Assembly (NCBI GenBank): GCA_000165425.1
Contig: CT868230.1
Span: 186,001-250,000 of the forward strand
Direction of reading: 5' to 3'
DNA: 64,000 nt
DNA from: Paramecium tetraurelia
Taxonomy: Eukaryota
A program made the position numbers and the translations under genes. Below the pieces are notes generated by a model, which had not been told where the DNA came from, did no database searches, and saw only the letters and a program-made list of their open reading frames with translations. Below are positions 40,955-53,957 of the stretch, piece after piece (the first letter of the stretch is position 1; the number at the start of each line of letters is the position of its first letter).

Positions 40955-41682
40955 ATGGATTAATAATTTACATTAAGCGTCCCAATCGATATATTAAGTG
41001 ACATTTCTAAAGAAACCTTTTAAAAGTATTTTCATTATAAATATTTAGAGTTGTTTTTAGAAGCATAACTGATGAATTTTCTTATGATTTTGATATAAAT
41101 AATGGACTAGTTTTAAAAGATTCTACTCTTACTTAATTTAATTAAGCTATGCTTAAGGATATTAATTGCACTTATTAACAAGATGAATTATTGAGTTTAA
41201 TATACCCTACGTAACAATAAATAAATATTAGTAAAATCAATAATCAAAGTTTATTAATGGTTGTAAATATCTCGAATGATGGAATTTATGAAAAGATCAA
41301 TAACTAAAAAGAATTATTTAGAGGAGAACACTATCAGATTGGACTTCCAGCGGGATCAAATAAATAAACTATTGAAATAAAAGAAGATCAAATTATCATC
41401 AATTCTTAATCTTTTGCGATAAAAGAAATGTTGCAAATTGTTTTTGTTAAAAAGATTTCTGATAATAAATATGAATATATATAGATGGCTAATCCAAGCG
41501 ATTGTTCATCTCGTAAGCATGCTCATATTAAAATTTAAAATGGACGAATATTTTTGCTTGATGGGTTTGAAAAGCAGGTTTCAAAAAATGGAGTATGGGT
41601 ATTAATTAAACATTAAAGATTTTCAAATCAGAATCAATATTGTTTTAAAGATTTTAGAGTAGCTATTAGATTAAAATATTGA
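40955..41682 (+). CDS. FHA-domain-containing protein, about 234 aa
   Basis: One 23-nt intron. C-terminal SSRKHAHIKIQNGRIFLLDG..VSKNGVWV fits the FHA SRxHA...SxNG motif; the GR motif is not evident. Confidence 0.7.
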
Positions 41683-41736
41683 AGTATTGAGTAACTTTTC
41701 ATTAATTATTATTATATATAAATAATAATTAAATAA

Positions 41737-42795
41737 ATGGATAAAAAGTATACAATCAAGTAGTATGAATTGAATGAAGAGTTTAAATAGAAAGTTTAAG
41801 TGGGAGACTTCATTTTAACCCAGACAGATAGCTTTATATATTCACTTGCTAGATCTATTTTAAAAATTGAATATGATCACCTATTGGTTTTAATAAAGGA
41901 AGATCAATTATTGCACATTGGCTGGCCTTAAATAAGAATAATAAACCCTCTTTAGATACTTAGTCAATCTTCTAGATATATTATATTTAGACCACCATAT
42001 TAGGAAGGGGAGCTTCAAAAGTTCATCATGTATCTTTAAACTAGTTTAAAAGCAGACTATGATTACTAAAAATTATTATAAGGAATGATAAAAAAATTAG
42101 TAAATAAGGTTCCGACAGATCCTGTGCCGTTTTAACCCAATCTAAAATCTTCTCGGGTTTGTACAGATCTAATTTTCTATTGGTTAGAAGCTAGCAGTGC
42201 AAAGTTTAGAGAATTATTACCAAACTATTTAGGGTATTTGGATTATCCATTAATTGGTTCTTTCACACCAGACGATATAAATACATTAGCAAAAATGAAT
42301 GTATTTTTTCAAATAATTCATACAAAAGAAATATAAAATCCAGAAAGTACTTTAGAAAGTTTAGGAAGGAATATTTAGAATAAAGGTATCAGTAATATCT
42401 TTTTTGCTGAAACTCCAACTCTTAAATAAATAAAGAAATTGATCTAATTTATCCCCTACCCTCAAAATTTTATAGGATTAATACAATAATTTATTTTTGG
42501 GTTTTAACTAATAAAATTGTATCAAATGCCAAAAAAGAAACGAATGAAATTGTTACTACTCTTTGTGGTTAAGAGATACTCTAACGATGTGTTAGATGAA
42601 AAAAAATAAAGAAAAATAGTAAAAAAATTGATGATTTTGGTTGATACAATGGAGATCATAATTTCACCTTTTTAATGGATAAGCTATATAAGATTAATTT
42701 AGAATATAATCGAGTTATTTTTTTTCACAAATTAATCAGCAAAGGATTAGGTGATTAAAATGATTTTTAAAGACATTTTTAAATCAAAATTATGA
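41737..42795 (+). CDS. Permuted papain-like NlpC/P60 enzyme (YiiX/YebB C92-like) with C-terminal SKL, intronless, 352 aa
   Basis: VQVGDFIL...EYDHLLV...ADYDY...RVCTDLIFYWL...FTPDDI gives His-before-Cys order. Ends KDIFKSKL-TGA. Confidence 0.75.
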
Positions 42796-43096
42796 ACAAA
42801 TAACTTATTTTCTAATGTTTACATTTTTAATAAATAAATGAATTAGGACTAATTAACTTATTCCTATCTTTTTTAATTATGAAAATTATATGAAGAACAT
42901 CTAATTACGAAAGTATCATCAGTTTTTCAATCTGATCAAACTTGAGTTATTATTCCACATCATTTTTTCCAATTTCCATATTATTTTTGATCGATTTCAA
43001 ATTTATTTTAGCAAAATTTTAGAAAAAATTTGATCAGATTAGTTATAAAAATTAACAACTCTAATAATAATATATTTTGAATTTAAACTTAAAAAG

Positions 43097-44343
43097 ATGT
43101 TAAAAATTTAAAGATCAAAAAGTTGTGATGCTATTCTAATAACTCTAAAAAATCTTGATAAAGGAGACAATTAATCATAGTAATCATTTAGGGTCTATGA
43201 AAACTCAACAATTTTAGATTTAATTGTTCATATCAATAAAAGTTAGCAAACTAAGTCAGATATTAAACTATACTTTGAACAAAATATTTAATTTACAGGA
43301 GATTTGAATCAATATTTAATAGATATTATAAAGAAAACGAAAAATAGAAGCATAGGGTATAGATTGATTGAATAGCATCCCTAAACGAAATCTGAGTATG
43401 TAAAAATTAACTAATATACTTAATCTGAAATATATCCTGAAAAAAGAATCATTGCTACCTAAATCCCAAGTGTTGAATAATATAATCCAGACCTAAATAT
43501 TAATACATAAAATTAAGTTGTGAAAAATTAATTAAGAAACAAAGAAAACTATGAAGAAGAAAGATCATAAAGAATTGATAATTTTGAACAATTCAAATAA
43601 ATGTAAGAAAAAGCTTCTTAATACCAATAATTTTCATAATTAGTGTCAAAAACAGAAAATATTCACCATGAATAATAATAATCCAATCATCAATAGAGCA
43701 TGTACATAAATATTTTATATTAAGGTCTTAAAATTATAAAAATCTTGAAATTGAAAATTAAAAACTAAAGGATGCATTTAAAACCTTATAGAATTAGAAT
43801 CAAATTTTGGCTGAAGAAAACAATAGACTAAAGATTGAAAACTAAATTTTAAAAGTTAATTAGAACAATCAATAAGTAAAATAAATTTCTCCAGTTTCTG
43901 AAAGATAAGAAAACAAATTACATGAAACCACATAATTCACTAATAAATGCAAACATCAAATTAAAGAGAAATAATTGGAATAAATTTTTACTTAAGCATT
44001 GCTCAATAAATAGTTTGCAAAATGTCCGTAATGCAATCAAAATATTAGCAATAAGCTATGTTAGTAATTTATAATTTTTGGGCGCTAGTATCTTGATATG
44101 AAGAATTAAATGGATTTGTATGTTTTAAGTGAAAATATACAATAAAAGTTGAGATAGAATAAAGAATAATCTTTGGTTCGATGTTCAAGCAAAAATTGTA
44201 ATTTCATATGTATTTGGTAATAAAATTTGGTAACCTAAAAGCAACTAGGATTTTGCCCTATTTGTTTATCTAATTCTTTAGGCAATCCATAAATTAAAGG
44301 CTATCGATAGAGCAATTTATTACTAAACAAAGGAACTAAATGA
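43097..44343 (+). CDS. Protein with ubiquitin-like N-terminus, coiled coil and C-terminal RING/IBR-like Cys clusters
   Basis: SFRVYENSTILDLIVHI..IKLYF; CKHQI..KCPQC; RCSSKNCNFIC..FCPIC. One intron at about 43700. Confidence 0.65.
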
Positions 44344-44394
44344 ATTATAAAAATAAATTAAAATTTATAATATTGTAAAAACTACCCTTATTTT

Positions 44395-45170
44395 ATGTAA
44401 AATAATTTCGAAAGTATCAACAAACATATAAGTTTAACATAGAAATTATTAATATTTTTGTTAAATCAACAAACATGATTCCGATTATTATTAACATGAA
44501 GATTAAACTTGATATCTTAGAAATCGTGATACTTCACCTGTATTGATATCAACAACTAATTTCAATAGGATCAATTTTTTTTTTCATTTTAGAATTAAGC
44601 TTAGAAAATGAGAAAATAAGAAAGCTAAAATAAGAAATTCAGAAATAAAATATTAAGCTAAAAGTCTTATCAATATACAGAGGCAAGCACCATTCATAAG
44701 TAAAATTAAAAAGGGTAATTTGAAGAGATAAAAGGAAGAAGAGGAATTAAAAGGATGCATTTTAAACCAATATTAACAAATAAATATAATATTCATTAAA
44801 ACCTGTAAGAGTGAGTCTGAAATTTTTTTATAGAGATAATGAATAAGGCAAGATAGATGAAATAGGAAAAGGAGGTTTTCTATGATGCTGAATACCAAAT
44901 ATTCAAAATCGACCTAATTAATCTGTACCCAAAATTTTTGATTTGAGTAAAGAGTCTCCAATTCTAAGTGTATTTATTGAATGTCAAAATATGAATCTCA
45001 AAATTGAAAGGCTAGAATTTGGATGAGAGAAGGAAATGATATAGAATCAGTGATGAAAAGATTTACTAAAGCTCATAGAATTAACAACTTGTAATACAAC
45101 TAATATAAACTTTTGGTTTTAATTATGTTAAAAGGAAATTGTAATAATTTATATAATTCATTGTTAAAGA
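44395..45170 (+). pseudogene. Decayed gene (EEELKGCIFKP-motif coiled-coil type)
   Basis: Protein-like fragments (EEELKGCIFKPIL; KARIWMREGNDIESVMKRFTKAHRI) in different frames, separated by TGA codons. Confidence 0.4.
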
Positions 45171-45232
45171 AATTTTAGAATACTATATTTATTGATAAAT
45201 TTTTATTATATGCTCAATTTAATATCTGATTA

Positions 45233-46728
45233 TCATGATTAGTGCTCATTAATTTCTTCACTCCACATTCTCTTATATGGATAGATAGAAGAACGATGGC
45301 CATCAGACCAAACAATTGCTACAGCATAGTTTCCTTTTGGTTCAATCTTTTATGGAAATACTTCTTGATCAAATTTTTGATTCTAATTTAAAGTTAAAAT
45401 TACTTGATTTAATCTTTTTCCAGTAAATTCATCTACACATAAGGCACAATTGCATTTTGATCTAAGTTCTAGAGATTTTATAGATTTTTCTTTGCCTTCA
45501 AAGTCCTTAATGATGATCACTCTTTTAGTTGTATCATATCTCACAGTGGGACTTTTATTCAAATCAGTTCTATTTAATTCATTTACAACGTTATTGGCTA
45601 ATTTTCTATAGATATAATTAATAGTGTGGTCTTCAGGTAAGGTTAAGACTACAGGACTTCCCAGATCTGAATATTTGGAAATATCTCCATATAAAGGGAT
45701 AGACAAAGCGGTAGCAATGCCAAATTGTTTTTGTAACAGATTTATATAACCTGGTCCAAAAGGTCTATGTAAGTGATTGCAATTAGGACAGACATATTCA
45801 GCCATATTCTCAACCACGCTTAATGTTGGTACTTTAAGGACATCAAACATTTCTATTCCCTTAACAACATCAATGAAACTTAATCTTTGAGGAGTAGTAA
45901 CAATGATTGCTCCATTAAAATTTAATTCTTAACATAAACTGATTTGAATGTCTCCTGTTCCTGGTGGCATATCAACAACTAAATAATCTAAGTCTTGCCA
46001 TTAAGTCTGTTGTACTAATTAAACAACGATGCTACTAACCATAGGACCTCGAATAATAGCTTTCTAATTGCCACTAGCATATCCATAACTCATGGTTTTA
46101 ACACCGTTGAATTCTATGGGTAGAATTTCTTTAGGTTTATCTTCTGGAGCATATAATTACTATTTCTCTTTGCCAATCAAGGTCGGAAGAGATGGACCAT
46201 AAACATCAGCATCAAATATTCCTACTTTGAAACCCAATTTTTGCAAGGAAAATGTAAGATTTAAGGCAATTGTGCTTTTACCGACTCCTCCTTTGCAACT
46301 TGAAACAGCAATGATCTTGCTAACATTTTACAGATTTCCTCTTTTTTATGAATTAGCTTGGGTTGTAACATTCTCTTTTTTTGGAGCCATGCGAATATCC
46401 AAATTCTTGACTCCATTCATATTGTTTCCAGGGCATCTGAGCAAAGAGCCCTTTATCTTTCTGTAATCTTAGTCTAGTTTGAGATCAATAATGACTCTTT
46501 CCATCTAATATACTTGGTCATTTGAGGTACCATTTCCAATGATAGATTTTTCTATTTGCCCATTGGACCCAATGTCCTTTTCAGAATTGGATTGCTTTAT
46601 ATGTATGAGTCTATTGAGAATTTAGATCTTATATTCTGATTATCAAAATTTTGATACCTTCATTGACAGAGAAATTGAAATACAATCTCTCGATTAATGG
46701 AACTGATCCAGATTAATTTTCTGAACAT
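45233..46728 (-). CDS. HCF101: HCF101-like Fe-S cluster carrier (DUF59/MIP18-like + Mrp/NBP35 P-loop ATPase + DUF971/GBBH-like N domain)
   Basis: [65 protein letters not shown]-terminal [36 protein letters not shown]. The 5' region has apparent single-base insertions. Confidence 0.85.
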
Positions 46729-48118
46729 TTAATAAATATATATATATATATATGTATAGTTTATTTTCAGAGTAGTGACAAGTGTATCTCATAAACAATC
46801 AAAAACACGGACGAAGTGATCATCATTATATAAATTAATTTTATTAATGAATTATCTATCATAAATATTTTAGTTAAAAATTCTCAAATTTTATAACACT
46901 CTTAATTACTAAATAATGTAATAAAAAGTTTGGCATTATATTTGAGATTTCATTGAGAGTTTGATACGAAATTTAAATATGGGCTTTTTAAAAATAGAGT
47001 CAAATATAACCTTTTAATGAAGTCCTAATGCTTAGCCAATCAATTTAAAATAATTGCTGAAGGATATAAGTTCCTTGATTAGGTGGTATATTTGGAAAGA
47101 TAAAACAAACAATTTTTATCTCTAATTAAAAAATAGACTGAAATAATTCAAAACCACCTTTCATTATACAATTTTAAATTGGTTTGAGACTTAGTTGTGG
47201 TTTAATCAAGAGAATTCTGAACTAGTTTTCACATTTAGCTCCTAAGAAATATTAAAAACATATAAAAAAGTTATATTAAGATTTGAATATTTTAGATTAT
47301 TTAAGACCTACAAAATTTTAAAGTTAGACAACACTTCCAATTTAAATCTTAGTGGGAATTCAGAACAAAAACAGATGCTCCTGGCATTAGTTCCAAAAAC
47401 GATATACAATTATAAAAAAATTGCTTTTAATTTTCTGTTGAAAATGATTGATTGTCAATTATTCAAACAATCTTCAAATATTAAGAAGGTCATCTTGATT
47501 CTGGATATTTATTTAATAAAAATTAAATAGAAATCTATATTTCAAAACCTTTTAAGCACAAAATAACATCATTATTATTTTTCTATTAGATGAATCCTGC
47601 TCTCCTAACTTGGATTAATATTTTTTCTTTGTTTTAATATGTATCATTTCTTAGCTATTAATCTTGAATTAAATTGCTTCTCAAACATTAATTAATTATG
47701 TATTGGAATAATCTATTTTAATTTATTTTACTTGCAAAAGAGTCTTAAGTTTAAAGTGATTTAAAAGGAATTCAGATAGAATGAGCAAAGACTTTAAATT
47801 TTTAGTTTCAGAATTTAAGATTTAATTAAATGAAGAAAATGTTTATGAATAAAAAGTGTTTTTGATGTAAACGAAAAAGCCATTGTGAATAATGTCTAAT
47901 AAATTTAATTCTCTTTAAGATATTTTGCAAGAATTAAAATTACTTGAGTTATTAAAATATAAATAAAGTAGACCACACACATTACTTATGAAACTGTTAC
48001 TATCTTAATCTAGGAATAGATACTTAAGGAATACAATCATATTTAAGACAAGGCTTACAATAGCAATAATTTCCTGATTTTTATTTATTATAATAATTTC
48101 AAATTTAAAAATTGAAAA

Positions 48119-51100
48119 ATGACAGATAAATTTAAGGCGGAACGAGACAATATTCAAGTTTCCATCAGAATAAAGTATGAATCTGTTTATTAAGTATGCA
48201 AGACCTTTGATAGAAGATGGAAGATCATGTATTAAATTGGATTCCAATTTAAAAAATACTATAATTATTGAGGGCAATCAGTAATTATAGTAAGATTAGA
48301 AATATTTTTATTTTGATTACGTAGCATAACAAGACTCAAGCTAAGAAGACATATTTAATATTGTAGGAAAATAATAAGCAATTAATTGTCTAGATGGTTA
48401 TAATGGATGTGTGTTTGTCTATGGGTAAACTGGAAGTGGAAAGACATATACTATGATGGGTACATAGAAGTAACCTGGCGTATTGCCAAGAGTTATCGAT
48501 TTTCTATTTAATTGCATTTTGGAGGATTCGTCAGAAAATGTAGAATATTTAGTGAAATGCAGTTATTTGGAAATCTATAATGAACATATAATAGATCTTT
48601 TGAATCCTCAGTTGGGAAACTTACAACTAAGAGAAGATCTAAAAAAAGGGGTTTATGTGGAATAGTTAAGTGAAGAAGTTTGTACAAATGTGGCTGAATC
48701 ATTAGAAGTACTATAGAAAGGGAGTCTTAATAGACATATATCATCAACTCAAATGAATATAGAATCATCAAGATCACATAGTGTGTTCACGATATAACTT
48801 GAATCAAGAAGATAGTCATCTCAGACATAGGTTATAAATCATAGATTCTCTAGATTTCACTTTGTAGATCTTGCAGGTAGTGAAAGATAGAAACAATCTT
48901 AAGTTCAAGGTGAAAGATTGAGAGAAGGTTGCAATATAAATAAGAGTTTACACATTTTAGGTAATGTAATCAATTCTCTGGTTGAGGACAATCAATCATA
49001 TGTGCATTATAGAGATTCTAAATTAACATTTTTACTCAAAGATTCTTTGGGAGGTAATTCAAGAACTCATCTTATTGCTAATATTTAATAATCCTAACAA
49101 TTCTATCAAGAAACCTTATCAACTCTTATGTTTTCTAAGAGAGTCAAATAAGTGAAAAATAAAGCTAGGATCAATGAAGATGAAAGTGGTAATTTAGAGA
49201 GCTTGAAGAACGAAATCAAAAGACTCAAATAAGAACTTGCAAAAAGTGTTACTACATAATAATAAAAATGGGAATCACCAAAAAAGTTTGAATAAAAACA
49301 GTAACAATCGTTTATTAATGAATAATGTATTAAATTTCTTATTATGTCTTAGTCTTGCAATCATTAGAATTGGAAAGTTTAATGATAAATGATTAAAATT
49401 ATATCAAACTTGAAGAAATCTTAAAATGTTATTTGGAGTAATCAACTGAAAGTGAAACTGCTTTATTTTTAGAAATTGAAAAATATTTGAATGGAATCAA
49501 ATAATTAAAGGAAGGCTTTTAATTAGGATAATAACTAGAGTAACAGTTAAAATTTGTTATTAAATTGTAAAATGAATAAATATAAAAATTAAAGTTAAAT
49601 TAATCAGCAGATGACATACAATAATAAATTTAGTAATAATTAGCATATGCTTTGCAATGTCAAGGTTTAGTTATGAAAACATTTTATGAAAATTTAACCT
49701 TAAAAGAGTAATAAGGAGCTATATAGACAGTGTCAAAAGTCTAAGTACAAGTTGATACCAATCTAAATTTATTAAAAGATATAGTTGAAACTGTTTAAGT
49801 ATTTATTATTTTTATGAAAGAATTCTCTAAATGAAAGAAGATAGTTTCAATAATAATTAGATTTATAATTTAATTCATAATATGTTACATTAGATAAATT
49901 TAAAGAATTAGAAACCTTATCAGAATATAAGGAGAAGCTCTTATCAGAATAAACACAAAAATTAGTCTTCATGGAGGATTAAATAAAAGAGATTGAAAAA
50001 CAAATATTGCAGAAGTTAGAAGAAAATGGCATTACATTTAATGAAAATGATAAAGTTGTTGATGTTAGAGATTAACAGATTTAGGATTTGAAAACCAAAA
50101 TTACTGATCTTAATTAAGAACTCCAAAATTCAAACTAAGAATTAAAAGAATTATCTATAAACTCAGAACAGGTAATTTAATAACTAAGGTTTGAAAATCA
50201 ATAAATTGTTAATTAAAAATAAGAAATAGAAAGTAATTATGAGCTAACTTAAACTCAAATATCCGAGTTCTAAGATAATTCTAAATAATAAATTATTAAT
50301 CTCGAGTAACAACTAAGCTAATTACAAGATTAAAATTCATAGTATTCAAATCAGTATCAATAGTTAAATCAATAAAATGAAGATTTAAAATATAAAATTG
50401 AAAATGAGGAACATTAAAATAAATAACTTACTTAAGAATTAATATAAAACCAAGAAAAATTAAAATTACTAGATTAAATAATAGTTGATAACGATATTGC
50501 AATTTAAGAATTTAAATAATAACTAACTTCTTATGAAAGCATTATCATTTAATTAAAAAAAAATATAAATGATTAGAATGCAAATCTTCAATTAAATTAA
50601 TAATCTATTTCTTAATTAGAGTTAGAAAATGCAAATCTAAAATAAGAATGTTCCAAATAATAAAATGAACTTACCCTTATGTAAGAATAAGTATCATTAT
50701 CAATGTCTAAATTAGAAAATTCAGAATAAGAATTATTCTCCTAATTATAGTTATCTTAAAGAGATAATTAAAATTTATAAAATGAGAATTCTCTCCTGTC
50801 AAAAGCAAATTAAGAAATGCAGTCAGAAATGGATGTTTTGATTCTAGAATTAAACTCAAAAACTGAAGATCTTTAAAATACGCAAATTTAACTTTAATAA
50901 AAATAACAAAAGTATGAATAGGAAATAATAATATATCAATAAAAATCTTAAATTGAACGTTCAACCTTGGAAAAAGATTATTAAGAATAAATTAAATAGT
51001 AAAAGAAAGATTTTGAGTTGCTATTATTTTAGTTTAATACAAAACAAAGTTGTGATTTAAATAAGTTGAATCAAGAAGTATTTTTTAATATATAATTAGA

Positions 51101-53910
51101 TACTCTCATTAAATTACATAATTAAGGAAAAAGAAACTAATAATACAGAATCTCAATCCTAATAAGAATTCCAAATTAATGTACTTTATTTATACTTATT
51201 TTTAGTTGTTAAATTAAAAAATACAGAAAGAGACATAAAGAGCTCTACAATTAGAGAGCTTACTTGAAGGATAGAAAAATGAGTTTCAAGAAATTCAAAA
51301 AGAGTAAATGTCCAGCATAGACTTATTGTAAAAGTAATTAGAAAGTAAGCAGGCTGTAATTCAAGAAACATCGGATCATTATAACCAAGTTCATGAACTC
51401 TACCTCTCTTTGTAAGCTAGGATGGAACAAAAGGACTTAGTTAATTCAGAATTGAAAAGAGATATACTATAAAATAAATCCAAATTAGAGAGTTAGACAA
51501 AAGAAATACAACAATTACAATAAAAAGTAATCTCAATAGAGAATGAGAATTTACAAAGCAGAAATACAATGGAAATTTAATAATAAGGTAAATTGTAAGA
51601 TATGACATAAAAATTATCAATAAAAATGAGAACAATAGAATAATTGACTGCTGAAAAGATTAATCTGAATGATAAAATTAAGGAGATTGAATGTGAATCC
51701 AATAAAAATAAATAAACCATATGCCTATTAGAACAATAATAACATGAATCTTAAAATTAAAATAACTTATTATAAGCTCAAATTTAAAGTTTAAATAATG
51801 AGCTAAATCAGAAGGAATAAGAAATTGGGTTTTTATAATAAGAATTAAGTAAATAAAATTAGGTTCTTGATAAGAGCTCTGAAATTTATAAAAAAGAAAC
51901 AGATTAGATGGAAATAGATAACAATATTTTAAAAAAATAACTAAGTGATAAATAAAAAGATATTCACAAACTAGAATAAAAATTGAATGCAACTTTAAAT
52001 GATTTACAATTAAAAGAATAATAAATAGATCAATTAAAATTGTAATTAAATCATCTCAATACAAATTTATAACAATAGTTAGAATTAACGACTAAAGATA
52101 ACTTATTATTGAAAAAGGAAATATAATAATTGAATCAGCATATTGAATCATAACATGAGGAAATAGATTAGATGAGAATAGAATTGGATTAAAAATAAAC
52201 TCAAGTTGATGAAAATAAATCAGCTGTTAAGAAATTGACTAAATAACTTGAATTAGAAATTAAATAATATTCTCTACATCTAAAAAGAAATGAGGATTAA
52301 CATAAAAAAGAAGTTTAAGAGTTGGTAGATCAATTAGACATTCATCAAAAGCAATTATAATAAAAGGATTTGATTGTTGAATCATTAAATAAATAAGTAA
52401 ATGGATTATAGTGTGCATTTGAAACGAAAGAAGATTTAAATCATTAGACTCAAAAGGATATCTAATAATTAAAGGATAAATTAAAATCTGACTAAAATAA
52501 ATTCACGGTAAATACATATATATATTGATTATTAGAAAATAATTTAAAGTCTTGAAAATGCCAACAATCAATTGAAAAGTTAATTAGAGGAAAGTAGTCA
52601 TTAAATTTAAGAAAATGCTCATAAATATTAATCAGTATAGAAGTAAAATGATTTATAGAGCATTTAATTTAATGAATAATAAGAAAAATACACTCTCTTA
52701 AAAGAATAATTTACTAGATTAGAATCTTAAATGAAATAAGAATCATAGATAAGAGAATAATATAGTCATATTGCTGATAAAGTAACAAAAGAAAATAATG
52801 AATTAAAATAGAAGATTGATAAAAAATAATAAGTATAAATTGTTATGTATTAAAGATCATAGTACAATTAGAGTCAGCACTCTTGTAAAATGAAGAGACA
52901 TTAAAAAATGTTCATGATCGAGCTAAGGAATTTTGTAAATAATAAGAAAAAGAAATTAATGATATTAAGGATCAATACTTAAAGCTCGAGGCTGAACACA
53001 ATGCAATATTAGTAACTTACTTTATTATATTTAAAGTCTTAAAATCAAGAAAGAGAGGATGAAAATGAATAAATGAAAGATTAAAAAGATCAAGCATTAA
53101 GATAAATGCATACTTTAGAGGATGAGATTGGAAAATTAAAGAAAGAATTATAAGAATAACATGAAAAGTTAACCAAATCAAATAATGAGAGATCTATGTT
53201 GTACAAATAAATAGAGGAAATGTAAAAGGATATTGCTTAGCTTGGAGGTCATAATAATCCCTCTTAAAAAATAAGATATTTAAATACAATTAAATAAGAA
53301 AATTCTTGTTTGAAATAAGAAAAACTATACTTATCCGAATAATTGCAAAAGGAAATAGAAGAAAAAAATAAATTATTATAGTAATAATAATAGAATCGAA
53401 AAAACACTGACTCAGATAATTAGTCATCTAAATTAGATATGGTATTTATACTGTGTATTTTTATAGTAAAAATTGATGGTTGAAAATTAGAGACTTAATA
53501 ATGAGATGACTAAACTTAATTAAATTTTAAATTTAAGCGGAGTTAAAAACAGATTTTCTACAATAAAAGGTAGTGACGGAGACAAGATCATCTAATCTGT
53601 ATAATTACTTATTTAAGAATTAATTGTAATTCTCATATATAATCTCTAGGATTGCAAATAAGAAATTTAACAGAGGAATAAAGATTAGGAAGGGAAAAAT
53701 CTTAAATATCAAACCATGGAAAAAGATCTACTAGTTATGAAATAAAAGTTCTATGCTATCTAAAAGGATAATCCTTAAAGCTAAACTAAAGCATAGAGTC
53801 CTGCTGTATAACATGATGTGTTAAGAGACAATAATCGAATGAATATGAATTCAGGTAGTGTGTAAAGATAATCAAAACCAAAAACTTAATAGACTTTCCA
53901 ATTTTAGTGA
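48119..53910 (+). CDS. KIF15: Kinesin-12 (KIF15/Xklp2-like): N-terminal motor, very long coiled coil, HMMR/KIF15-type C-terminal motif
   Basis: [61 protein letters not shown]-terminal [25 protein letters not shown]. Multiple tiny introns; I did not check the stalk codon by codon. Confidence 0.85.
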
Positions 53911-53957
53911 TTATAAAAATACAAATTCCATTTAATTAATGTATTTGATATTTAAAC

